A DNA stretch of 64,000 nucleotides, from contig NC_135262.1 of the NCBI RefSeq assembly GCF_964204865.1, positions 9,796,001-9,860,000 of the forward strand. Direction: 5' to 3'. Both the position numbers and the translations under genes were made by a program. The notes under the pieces were generated by a model that had not been told where the DNA came from, ran no database searches, and saw only the letters and a list, made by a program, of their open reading frames with translations. Numbering within the stretch: the first letter of the stretch is position 1; each line of letters begins with the position of its first letter. This DNA is from Styela clava (lineage: Eukaryota). Shown here in pieces: positions 40,701-51,759 of the stretch.

Positions 40701-42324
40701 CTGCCACGCAAGTGACTTTGCTTTCGGTGATGACATCGCAACAGACAATCAGCAGAAGCGGAAACCTTCTTGAAGTAAAGTTGCCAAAAGCAGTCTAATT
40801 CCACCCGTAAATCTTATCAAAAACAATCAACCTTGAGTAGCTTATTATACAATCATCCAAAAGATTCACGCAATAAGTCGGTAACTGAACTGTACGCGAA
40901 GCATGGCAAGAAAACAGTACGTCACCGATCGCGCATTGTTGCGTCACAATTGAAACCGTGTTTTTGCCGTTTTCATTGTGACGTCACGGACTCGACGGAT
41001 TCGACTCGAGTCCATGACCTATTACTCGGATTCGCCGAATCTCTGTAATGCCGGACTCGTCCCATCCCTAATAAATACCTTCAAAAAACTAGCGTGCTTT
41101 ACGACACACATTTCTGGCATTAGACTCGCTGTTATTTAATTCCTGCCAAATATTTGTATCGCATCAAGATAAAATTGCGTTTCTTTCATTAATTAATGAA
41201 TGTTATCTTATTGAACGTTCCCATTATTTGATGGGTAAATATCTATGCCCCCGGATTAAAAACAGGGTGAATCGATCGAGTCCTCTATATTTTGCGCGAA
41301 CGTAGAGTGGTTTGTGCAGGTTTTCATTACGGCTTGTTATGCGTTTGATCATAGATTACAATAAAAATATATATTTTGCTATTATCTAAGAAAATATCAT
41401 TTATTTGAAATATCTATTTTATTACTAAGCGTTGACAAGTATGGAAGAAAAACTGAAGAAGATCGAAAAGTCAAATCATCCGTTCATCACTCCAATTACT
41501 ACAGCACCACCGATGAAAGATTCAGGTTTGAATAACTAATCAAAGAATATTGAATTCATTTTTGAACGAGTATAATTCAATTCATTTATTATTCCGTAAC
41601 GTAATGTCCATATGAAAACAGAAAAACACGGAACATTTATTATATAAAAAAAATAGAACGCAATAAATAAGCACAGTTGAAAAAAAATGAGATGACGTGA
41701 AATTCACCATAAGCACTCTTGTAGAAAACTCCGTTATAAATATATTATTCAATTGTGTTATATTATATTACTATGAAAACATCACATTACGTTATTTTCA
41801 TCACACGCATTCAACAGTGTGCGAAATAAAGACAACAAACTCGTGTTATTCGATTACGATACATAAGAGGCTCGATATTGATTATTATGAAGCGGAAAAC
41901 ATTTGTAAGAAGAGAAATTCTGTCATTGCTCAGATTTACGATGAAAAATCCTACGAAACTATTATCAATCATTCGAGAAAAACAATGCCAGCACAAGAGA
42001 ATTGGATCCAACTTTGGATTGGAAGTACGATCAACCCACTAGTAAGTTAGAAACAATTTGGAGAAGAGAACTTGATATATATATATATATACAGAATAAT
42101 ATTTTCTATCCTAACTCAACTTTTTTTAGACTGGAGACATAACCCCTACAAATGCATACATGAAATGGTTTCCAGGGCGCCCAAGACGAGGGGAATTAAA
42201 TAATGAACAAACACACATTTATATTTATATGGGACGAGAAGCGACAAATCCTCGGCAAGGAATGGTCAATATACAACCATCATTCTACAGGAATGGAGTT
42301 CTATGTCAACTGCTAAACTACTAA
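37784..42324 (+). CDS. Secreted coiled-coil plus atypical C-type-lectin-like domain protein, 300 aa, 6 exons
   Basis: Exons 37784-38036, 38111-38182, 38623-38685, 41430-41525, 41818-42041, 42130-42324 (903 nt, phase-consistent). Signal peptide; Cys-containing N-domain; heptad neck (ELQALREKNQEQDAQIKVLRAALTSMEEKL); CTLD motifs C..NSCY, YYEAENIC, LWIG, KWFPGRP, GVLCQ. Confidence 0.85.
38857..41070 (-). mobile_element. hAT (Ac/ZBED4-like) DNA transposon, internally deleted, in intron 3 of the lectin gene
   Basis: TIR TAGGGATGGGAC / GTCCCATCCCTA; perfect 8-bp TSD ATAAATAC (38849-38856, 41071-41078); dense GATTCG/GACTCG subterminal repeats; 2214 bp. Confidence 0.95.
39399..40736 (-). CDS. Defective hAT transposase (partial BED finger fused to the catalytic C-terminal half)
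   Basis: ATG at 40736. Partial BED finger AWQYF...CGIC, then SDNASN, CMAH (CxxH), TRWNST, LLDPR-like ILDPR, and C-terminal dimerisation-domain motifs PLVFW and SERLFS. The rest of the BED finger and the first catalytic Asp region are missing. Confidence 0.85.
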   Translation of the reverse strand: MSSPKAKSLAWQYFKICEDDCSEAECGICATKISRGKCKSSYTELLLSEIRRQESEWGVSFATITSDNASNVIKALKDGEIFNIRCMAHTLNLIVHDAIRSNIDVKDIVADARSIIAHYNRSSRDARALRECQKRLNAPEHKLQQDVSTRWNSTYYALQRMVEQREVINDMPFRGIGNTLSPNQWRMASSLIRVLKLFDIATKEVCTEEATIASILPVKENLLKRLEAFIGDSDIYGLDNFLNSLKSGIERRFSVPGNGPQPRDAYFQNQASYNRCLLATILDPRLKLSWCSTINRQEIERLLVTEVKKFATDSVELYEGTELYQSSSSEEAEDSVVFGAPENAGLVREQVDMNADIVTAVRQYLAAPTLKRHKSPLVFWPQYRNECQAMFALAVSLLSCPPTSVNSERLFSTAGVVTSLLRNRLKPKNVENFNILACQSKETQF

Positions 42325-42598
42325 ATAAAAAACATGTTATGCAATTCTTTTTATCAATTTTTTCCACAAATAGAATGAAAATAAAAATATAATGCAAAAT
42401 GGGTTCTTACGACATTGAATAAAACAGCAAAATTTAAAATGAAATAGGTAGGTATAAATTTATTTCGACTGCATAATTAGCATGGTAGGTGATAAAATAA
42501 GCAATAAAAATAAAACAAATAAAAAACTGATTATTGAATCAGACCGGCAGACGGACGCTGAGCAAGGTTCATAATGTGAAAATTTTTAGTACAAATAT

Positions 42599-44568
42599 TA
42601 GGCCGCGAGCCGATGCCCTGAAAACCGCCTAGAAAGTGAGTTTCGTAGCGCACATCAGGTAACTACCTGAAAATGATTTTAAAATGTTCCTTAAAAATTT
42701 AGTAACAAATATTGCCTTGTTCCCACTTCCAAAAGTTGCAGTGACTCATTGTTGGGTGGATAGTATAATCCTTATGTTTGCCAGTGTTAAATACACGTGC
42801 CCTGGTATCATTTACATTCTTCATATCCTCTTCATACAGTGAACAAACAAATTCCTCAGCTTTATTTATTAATGCCTCGTTAACCCTTAATAGATCTTCA
42901 TAGTTGAGACAAAAATGAATTGAAAACCTCAATGAAGTCTCCAACATGAGTTTGATGGGCAGTTCCAATTTCAGAAAATTGCTAAAGCAGTGGTTCTCAA
43001 CCTTTTATGACTCGTGGCCCCCTTTCTGAGGCTTTTAGCACTCATGGCCCCCACTTTAATATTCCAGAGGTATTAATAGGGTTATTTTCATTGATAGATT
43101 CCAAATCCCATTATGTTAAAACAATTTGCACAAAAGAGAGCAAAAACACCCTGCGAAATAACCTTGTTGAGCAGCAAACTAGGAAAAACTGTGAGATTTC
43201 TTTTAAAGTGAAAAGTAAATTCAGATTTCAGCCCATCCTTGTGGCCCCCTCCAACTCCTCTGTGGCCCTCTTAGAGACCGAGGGCCCCCGGTTGAGAACC
43301 GCTGTGCTAAAGTATTTCAATATGAATAGCCCATCTAAGCTGTTTGCAACTATTGTGATTCTCATATACCTTTACGCTTCAAGACTTCTTGTTTAATCCA
43401 TTTTATAGCACTAATAGCAGCAGGGATTAGAGCCTGCGTTAGGTCGGATTGGTGGAACATTGCCGTACTCTTTTGTAGTACAGTATCTAAAAGGAGAAAG
43501 AAAATCATATATGGAACAGCATGAGTGTAAAAATACCACTAAATACTAACTAATACCTTGAATACATAATGCATTTTATCTGATGTACTCAATGACCGTA
43601 TATATGCTCATTGCATGTAGCCTACTACAGTCCAACAGTGTTTGCATACCATTACTAGACTATATCTACACTAAATTTTGATATATCAGTCTGAAATGCC
43701 CTATGACAGTATGAGTATGGACTATAGACTATATTTTAAAACATCAACTGTCTGTCTACAACTTGATTTCTCACCTCTCAATCGTTTCCAATGCTATTTT
43801 CTTTCCACTCCGGCATAACTTATCATTGCTTCCCAGGTTCTTGTCGACTCTATAAATTTAGATTTAGACCAACCGACATTAGTAAAATTGATTATTTTCT
43901 TCTCTTTCACACAACCGTGCATTACAGAAACAGCCATTGATTTCTATTCTCAAATATGCTGTGGCCTATATAATAGTATAAGTCTGTGGAATAGTCATTA
44001 AATTAATCATAAACATTTCATGCAAGCCAGAAAATATCGTTGTTTGTGACATATTATTCTAGGTCTAGCCTTCTTTGAGGTTACCGCACACCGTACCTAT
44101 TTAACAACGTCTCATGAGCTAGTGCTCAACTAAAATTGCTATTCATGGTAAGGATATACAAGTGTTTAATATCTTACTTATACTTTTCAACACCTCCTTA
44201 GAATAACTGAACTAATAATAAATGAAAAAAACTATACTCAACGTAAAAGCGAGCCGTAGTAGTACCGTACATCTGATATTCATCCGACCACTGGGGATCC
44301 ACCCACAGCTGACTAATTTGCTTGTTACGTCATGCAGAAGTCTGCGTTCATTGGCCCATGATACCGGAAAAGCGGAGAAAATAGGACAGATGGTAACACA
44401 TATTTATTGTAGTAAAAGCGTCTTTTTTGTAAAACGTGCAACTTTTGGAAGTGGGAACAATGCAAAATTTGTTACTAAATTCCTAAGGAACACTTTAAAA
44501 TAATTTTCAGGTAGTTACCTTATGTGCGCTACGAAACTGAAAGATAAATGGCCTCGACTCGAAGCCTA
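42599..44568. mobile_element. Academ-like DNA transposon remnant
   Basis: About 110-bp imperfect TIRs starting TAGGC (shared core AGTTTCGTAGCGCACATxAGGTAACTACCTGAAAAT...TTTAGTAACAAAT); 3-bp TSD TAT (42596-42598, 44569-44571); internal minus-strand remnant AEEFVCSLY...VNDTRARVF...IHPT resembling the XPG-like region of Academ transposases. Confidence 0.65.
42988..43304. mobile_element. hAT MITE nested in the Academ-like element
   Basis: TIR CAGTGGTTCTCAACC / GGTTGAGAACCGCTG; perfect TSD TGCTAAAG; GTGGCCC subterminal repeats. Confidence 0.9.
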
Positions 44569-44932
44569 TATTTTCCAAAAGCAGTGTTTATTCACCTACA
44601 AATATGCTGAAAACTTATTCAATTCTTTCCCCGACCTTTGACCCACAAAAAATTCTTTTCATACTTTACCATTGCAAAATTTTCGTGGCTATTTTAAGAG
44701 TGCTTTTGCGAGTGTGCGCCTGCAAAATGGGGATTGCAATTGGCAAAAAAAACAAAAACGGGTTACTGGCAGTGTTTCAAACCATCAATATGATTCATCG
44801 CTTACAACAATCTGTTTTTTAAAATTACCGGTAAAGAATTTTAGCTTAGTCTATCACAGCTATTTCTACACTGTTTTTTCATTACAATAATAATCTTTAT
44901 TTTGATTTTCCCAAAAAAACATGCATATAACA

Positions 44933-46293
44933 AACAAGAGAGCTATGCTCAAATATATGGACACGTAGAGTCACATAATTTTGATGACGTCATAGCGAAA
45001 AAAAAAGTAATAGCTTTCTGGAGAAAATTTTTATCTTTAATCACTAAAAATTTCAAAGCAATTGGTCCAGTATTCGAAGAGAAAAGCGACTTTTTAAAAA
45101 CGTGTCAAGCGGTACTGAGTTAGTAGTCAGGCAGCATCTTACCTGTACACTGTAGGCCATATACGGTAATTGATCACAGAACAGTTGTTCCCGTGCAAAT
45201 TTTATGTTGTTTACACTTTAGGACAGATAATTGATCACAGAACAATTCTTCCCTTTCAAATTTTATGTTGTTTCCAGTAGACTCTCATCAAAATAAACAT
45301 ATATAGTAGGCTACAAGTGCTACAACGCTTGCATTACTGCACTGGTAGGACCGTGAAAGAATAAGTTACGGTAATTTCATTGTGGTAAGACACCGGTACC
45401 GGCACCAGTACCAGTATCGTACTTACGTACTGAGCTACCAGTACCGGTTAGCAGTCAGCCAGCATCTTACCTGTACACTGTAGGCCATATACGGTAATTG
45501 ATCACAGAACAGTTGTTCCCTTGCAAATTTGACAGATAATTGATCACAGAACAATTCTTCCCTTTCAAATTTTATGTTGTTTCCAGTAGACTCTCATCAA
45601 AATAAACAAATATAGTAGGCTACAAGTGCTACAACGCTTGCATTACTGCACTGGTAGGACCGTGAAAGAATAAGTTACGGTAATTTCATTGTGGTAAGAC
45701 ACCGGTACCGGCACCAGTATCGTACTTACGTACTGAGCTACCAGTACCGGTACCGAACCTGTAGGTCTGATATTCCGTTCCGCATACGATAGGCTATAAA
45801 ACTTGCATTGCAGCATTAGTAATACCGCGGAAGGAATAAGTCAATTTCACTGCGTTACGGTACCGGTATGGCAACTTACCAGTGCTATAAAACTTGCATT
45901 GCAGCATTAGTAATACCGCGGAAGGAATAAGTCAATTTCACTGCGTTACGGTACCGGTATGGCAACTTACCAGTACCGACCTACAGTAGCTGTAGTACTG
46001 AGCAAGACAATCGATCGCGAAACCGCTTGAAATAAGTGTAAAACAGTGTTCCCATGAGTAAAAATAAATACCGCGAAATTTTGTATGAAATATCATATCT
46101 CATAGGATTCATATAAAATTTAAGAATAAACAAAAGTAATAGCCTTCTAGCGAAAAAATTATTCTTTAACCACTGAAAATTTCAAAGCAATTGGTCCAGT
46201 ATTCGAAGAGAAAAGCGACTTTTTAAAAACGTGTCAAAGAACAAGAACAACATAATATTGAAACGATCGTTATGTCCACTACGTGTCCAATAA
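44933..46293 (-). mobile_element. Helentron-like element, family 2, carrying internal tandem repeats
   Basis: Begins AACAAGAGAGCTATGCTCAAATATATGGACACG (reverse complement of the 35345-35373 end) and ends CGTGTCCAATAA. Core repeat at ~45007-45108 and ~46135-46237 flanks two tandem dimers: period 328 from 45125/45453 and period 91 from 45793/45884. Confidence 0.75.
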
Positions 46294-46799
46294 TGAACAC
46301 ATAAAACAAACACACAGAATAATGGGAAATCGGGAAAACAGGCAAAACCTCGAGTAGGGTTTAAAACACGTATAAATACATGTGCCTGTTCACCCATGAT
46401 ATTACACTCTCAAAAACATATTACAAAAAAAAGATAAAAACACGAACGGGTTATCGTTCGGGCGTCTGACTTGTGTTACAAACAAAATGCAGGTGCAGTA
46501 GGTTCTAATTTAAAACTGTTTACGTCGAAACCGACATGATCGGGCTGTGTTTATTAAATTGGCGTAAACAAGTGCAAACTGGTGGGTTAGATAAAAGCAG
46601 TGTCAGAATGAGTAATAAATAAATCGAAATGTCTTTGGTTGATTTCCTCATTGTAAATAAAATCCGACGTTGTGATGTGCTGTAGTGTACTAGGTGCAAT
46701 GTTTCATATAAAATGCATGTCCATCTCTTTTTCCTTAGTTCTTTGCGAAGCAAGTATGTAAAATTGGAATCTTGGGTAGCCTGTACAGCAATGCCAAAG

Positions 46800-47119
46800 T
46801 AGTCTTTATTATCCGAATGCTATTATTTCGTTGTCCATCATTTAGAATGTTGATTGTTTCTAATTTTTGTATTCCATTTGTTTCCACTAACCAAGTTGTT
46901 ATCTTCAGCGCTATTACTTTTTGTTTAGTATTCAATTCTAGTATTTCACCTGTTTACCCTTCCATGCCTCTAACTAAGACCTAAAACGAAGTCCACGACT
47001 AGATTCATAAAAGGATCGAAACCTCGCAATATACCCGTAACAGATCGTTCACCATTTAACTTTAAATCAAATTTTTTATCTATAAACTTCTTTAATTCTA
47101 GTGGATGGGCTTTGCTGAT
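46800..47119 (-). pseudogene. SNRPG: Small nuclear ribonucleoprotein G (SmG) pseudogene
   Basis: 46991-47119 translates as (ATC)[42 protein letters not shown], matching the SmG N-terminus [23 protein letters not shown]...[15 protein letters not shown]. The start codon is ATC. A ~130-bp insert with an in-frame stop follows, then ETINILNDGQRNNS (cf. ECVEM..SGQQNNIG), which diverges. Confidence 0.85.
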
Positions 47120-47944
47120 GTTGATATTGCGCGATACAGATTACAGATACCGAAACATACAACGCGAAGTCTTCTCAAGCTGACATGTCCGCACCCGACG
47201 ACGGTCGGAAGCAAAACGACTGTAATTAAATTAAAACTCCTAGGAAGACAGAGTGATCATTGAATTATCTGATTTATATTTTAAGTTTCCGAAACACCAC
47301 TGAAAACTAACGAATAGAGTTCAAAAACGCGAAAACGAAATGTTAACGGTAATGTTTACGACCACGCTTGAAAATCTGTCTGAGTGAGAAAAGTGTCTGA
47401 GCAGATACGAAAAGGGAGCATTGGTACGTCACTTTTTGCACCTTGCTGATTTGCCAATGTCACGAAGTAAACAAGGAAGTCGATTCTCTGAGAAAGGTTC
47501 ATAGAGATAATTGAGTTTATTTCGCCTCCATAATCAGCAAAAAGGAGATAAAATAGTTGATAAAAACAAATTGATAAAAACTGATTATAAAATCAGGAGA
47601 GTAAACAAAACCTTGGACAAGGCTTAAAACGTACAGAATATAAGATGGAAGGTATTGCCAAAAAGAAGTGGTACGTGTTCACTCATCTAAAACTATTAAA
47701 TCAAATCATTTACACTCGCACACACACAAACACAACCATAGGGCATAAATAAAATTAGAAAAAAGAGAGAGGCTTTAGATAAATTACCGGTATATGGTAA
47801 CCAAAAAAAATTAAATAAACACGTAAAAATGAAATTAGAATAAAAGATGAAATGTAAAAAATAACAAGAGTTGTTTGCCACACCATTTTAATAATTTTAT
47901 AAAAATTCCCAAACAAGAGTGAACAGTATTTGATATGCTGACTA

Positions 47945-50010
47945 TGCCATCCAAAAATTATGTGACTACGACTTCACAATCACGTCATAGAGCTTGCCAA
48001 AGTAGGGTCTAGTCTGCTAGTGTAGTTTCATACCTAAAAGTCTGAAAGTACCTAGGCTACTTCTAATGGGCGAAGCATAACAGTTTTTGCATATATCAAA
48101 CTCCCACATGACTTCGCCATCTGAAAATTACGTCACTACGACATCACGGTGACGTAATAGACTCCCTCAAACTATACAAACTGTCATCCAAGGCGCGCAG
48201 ACGATCGCCCGAAATATTTCTCTCGTTTTCTCATTGCAACAATCCTGATATGAGAGAGATCGCTGTCATTAGTGAGTGAGTATTATCGTCGGTGCAGATG
48301 CCATTCCGGGCGATTGTAGGTATACTTTGGCGGGTCTCATGTAGTTTCGTTCTCAAGTAATTCTAGTGGGTGTAGCATAACGATTTTTGTACATGTTGAT
48401 CCATCTTAATTTTGGGTCTCATGTAGTTTCTTACCTAACATACTTCTAGTGGGCGTAGCATGACAATTTTTTCACGTATCAATCCTAACCCCCACCTGAC
48501 TACACCATCCAAAAATTACGTCATTACGACGTCACAGACTCCAGTCTGGATTTCATGGCCTTTTTGAACGTGAAATCGGGCGTGCAATCAGAAATTCCCG
48601 CGTGCAAATAAGAATTCCTGGCGTGCAACTATAGCTCACGACGTGCAAAACAACTGCACTCGCGTGCAACTGACTTTGACATCAGATACCTCTCAATACA
48701 TCCGCGTAAAATTACCGGTATCGGATAAAAAATACGTTGAATCAGAGAAAAAATGGACGTTTGACCTTTGACCCCAAACATTATTTCTACAGTTTGTCGC
48801 TAATTTTGAGAGTGTTTGTGCGACTTTGGATACCGGTACTGTTCAGTACATCCGCGTAAAATTATTGGATAAAAAATACGTTGAACCAGAGCAAAATGGA
48901 CATACTTTGTCATTAATTTTGGTAGTGTTTTTACGTAGAATTAATGGATAAAAAATACGTCAAATTAGAGCAAAATGGACGTTTGACCTTTGACCCCAAA
49001 CATTATTTTCATACTTTGTCACTAATTTTGGGAGTGTTTGAGCAACTTTAGATACCGGTACTGTTCAGTACATTCGTGTAAAATTATTGTATGAAAAATA
49101 CGCTGAATCAGAGCCGTACTTGGCCATTGGTGCGGAGGCGATCTTTTCGTCCATAACTATTCTCACGGGATTCCTATTTCCTATCATTCAACACGATATG
49201 GACCTTTCCCCGAGCATCGACTTCCTTGTTTACTTCGTGACATTGGCCAATCAGCAAGATGCAAAAAAGGACGTAACAATGAGAGGAATTTTTCGCGGGT
49301 CAAAGGTTGGGGAAAGGTCCATGGTCTTTTTGCTTCGCAATATTTCGATCAGACCAAATCTTGCAAGCTGGTATTTGTCGACAATTGTGGAGGTATAATA
49401 TTTTGGCATCTTTATATTACTGGATTATTGATTTTAAAACCATTTAAACCGATTTACATTGGTGAGCAATTGCAAATTTTCGGCGTGCAAAATTGATTTC
49501 GCTCGCGTGCATTTTTGCGGAGCGCTAGCGCCCTCGGGCGTGCACCTGCCATGGAATCCAGTCTGGGTCACAGTGACGTAATAGAGCCCTTCAAACTATA
49601 CGAACTGCCATCTAAGACGCGCAAACGAGAACCCGAAATCGAACAGTTATTTCTCACGTTTTCTCGTCGAAACGATTCCCATAGGAGAGAGACCGATAAC
49701 GTCAGTAAGTTCTTTATCGTCGGCGCCAATGCCATTTCGGTCGATCGTGCGTATATTTGGCAAGCTCTATGACGTGATTGTGATGTCGTAGTGATTTAAT
49801 TTTTGGATGGCGTAATCAGATAGGGGTTAGGATTGACTTATCAAAAAATTGTTATGCTACGCCCTCTAGAAGTACGTTAGGTACGAAACTACACGAGACC
49901 CTTAATTTTTGCATGACGCAGTCAGGCGGGGGTTAGTATTGACATATGCAAAAATTGTTATGTTACGCCCACCAGAAGTACTTAATATACGAGACTACAC
50001 TAGACCCTCA
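47945..50010. mobile_element. Fold-back/MITE-like element with long inverted arms and internal direct duplication
   Basis: CATCCAAAAATTATGTGACTACGACTTCACAATCACGTCATAGAGCTTGCCAAA (~47949) is inverted at ~49757-49810. The ~48020-48330 unit is repeated at 48415-48540 plus 49567-49760. Outer boundaries approximate. Confidence 0.6.
48541..49566. mobile_element. Nested TIR element (possibly P-like) with an internal ~150-bp tandem array
   Basis: TIR CCAGTCTGGATTTCATGGC / GCCATGGAATCCAGTCTGG; GTCACAG occurs on both flanks (3 extra nt on the left); multiple CGTGCA subterminal motifs; degenerate tandem units at ~48697-49112. Confidence 0.65.
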
Positions 50011-50046
50011 TTTTATGACTTCTTCAGTTTTTCAATTTTCTTGGTG

Positions 50047-50783
50047 TCAAGTCGGCAACCTTTTTCAAGTGATGGACCGGTAAAGCCTGACGAAAATTTT
50101 GGCGGACCACCTTTTATACAAACGAACTAAGCTTATGCAATAAATTATACGCGTTAAGAAACTTATGTTGATAATATACTGAAAAAACGAAAACCATGCT
50201 ATTTAATGCGAGATCTGTATTTATTGGCTGGCAATTAACTGTTCCAATATTGGAGATATGATCGACATCGACACATGTAACGTGTTTCATACAGCCTACT
50301 TCGATATTTCCTTTTTTGTAGTTATGTAGTTATCAATATTGAAAACCAGGCCTCACATTAATAAGATGTTGGGATAAGTAACAATGCCTGTAAACCTTCT
50401 GTCTCTAGTCTGGGTATTGATTGAACATTTGATTTTACTATTGTTCGTTTTGCCATAACTAATTTTTTACCCGATGTGTTAACTCATGATTATACGGATT
50501 CCTGAAGTACAGAATTAGCACTGACTAGTCATGACCGGTTAGCTATGAGCAAGTAGTGGAGTAGTCACGTTCCTAGCGAGAATCATTTTGTTCGAGAGAT
50601 CTTATTCCGGCTCATTGGAATTGTTTGTGAAGTCAGACATGCTGCTGAAATGTGTTATGTTTGTCTGGTTTAGTGCTTTTTTGATCGTGGAGTATGTGGT
50701 TAGATTGTAGAGGCTTCATTATGCATTAGGGCCTTGTCCGGTTCAGTGTCACCTCTCTGCGGACCGGTAGTTGCCGACCACTG
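50047..50783. mobile_element. Degenerate hAT non-autonomous element upstream of NIT2
   Basis: Right TIR GTTGCCGACCACTG; eroded left end GTCGGCAACC; GGACCGG subterminal motifs at both ends. Confidence 0.6.
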
Positions 50784-50919
50784 CCCTATAGTAACCGCCC
50801 AATTCTGATCTCAAAAGTGCAAAACCACAACACAAAAAAATTCATTCCCTATCATAATCTTTAAGTTTTTAAATTAATTTTTCGACATTTTTCGAGACTT
50901 AGAACTATAGTAAGAACAA

Positions 50920-51759
50920 ATGGCTATGCAAGCCATTCGAATAGCACTCGTGCAGATGGCCGTTGGCTCGAACAAACTAGAAAATGTGAAGAAAGCCTGC
51001 AGTCTCATTAAAAAAGCAGCTGATGACGGTGCAAAATTGATCAGCTTACCAGAATGTTTCAACTGCCCATACGGAACGAAATTTTTTCCAGAATATGCCG
51101 AAAATATTCCTGGACCTTCTACTGGTTCTTTAGCAAATTCTGCCAAAGAGAATAAAATTTATCTCATCGGAGGTTCGATTCCAGAAAAGGATGGTGATGG
51201 AAAGTTGTATAATACTTGTACAGTTTGGAACCCTGATGGCGAAATGATTGCGAAATATCGAAAAATGCATCTCTTTGATATCGATATTCCAGGGAAAATA
51301 ACTTTTAAAGAATCGGAAGTTTTAAGTCCTGGAAATGATTTTGCTACGTTCGATGCATTTTCTATCAAAATTGGACTGGGAATATGCTACGACATTAGAT
51401 TTGCCGAAATCGGGCAGGTGTATCATAAATTAGGATGCCAACTGCTGGTTTATCCTGGCGCTTTCAACATGACTACTGGTCCAATACATTGGAAATTATT
51501 GCAACAGGCTCGTGCAGTTGACAATCAGTTATATGTGGCGAGTATATCTCCTGCAAGAGATGAGAACGCATCATATGTTGCATATGGCCATTCGATGATA
51601 ATCGGACCTTGGGGCGATTGTGTTGCAAGCGCAGAGGCAGGAGAACAGATAGTATATGCAGATTTGGAATTTACAAAAGTTAGTGAAGTACGAAAAAATA
51701 TCCCCACTTCAGTGCAAAAAAGGTTTGATGTGTATAAATCTTCAGAACAGGCCACTTAG
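50920..51759 (+). CDS. NIT2: Omega-amidase NIT2 (nitrilase superfamily), intronless, 279 aa
   Basis: Glu-Lys-Cys triad motifs [34 protein letters not shown]; NIT2-typical [24 protein letters not shown] and [14 protein letters not shown]; AATAAA at 52005. Confidence 0.95.
   Translation: MAMQAIRIALVQMAVGSNKLENVKKACSLIKKAADDGAKLISLPECFNCPYGTKFFPEYAENIPGPSTGSLANSAKENKIYLIGGSIPEKDGDGKLYNTCTVWNPDGEMIAKYRKMHLFDIDIPGKITFKESEVLSPGNDFATFDAFSIKIGLGICYDIRFAEIGQVYHKLGCQLLVYPGAFNMTTGPIHWKLLQQARAVDNQLYVASISPARDENASYVAYGHSMIIGPWGDCVASAEAGEQIVYADLEFTKVSEVRKNIPTSVQKRFDVYKSSEQAT

Noticed and set aside
43007-43396. 129-aa plus-strand ORF
   Set aside because: Lies almost entirely within a hAT MITE and crosses its TIR/TSD; no protein motif.
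45110-46000. Direct repeats resembling a CRISPR array
   Set aside because: Long tandem dimers without unique spacers, in eukaryotic DNA, with no cas genes.
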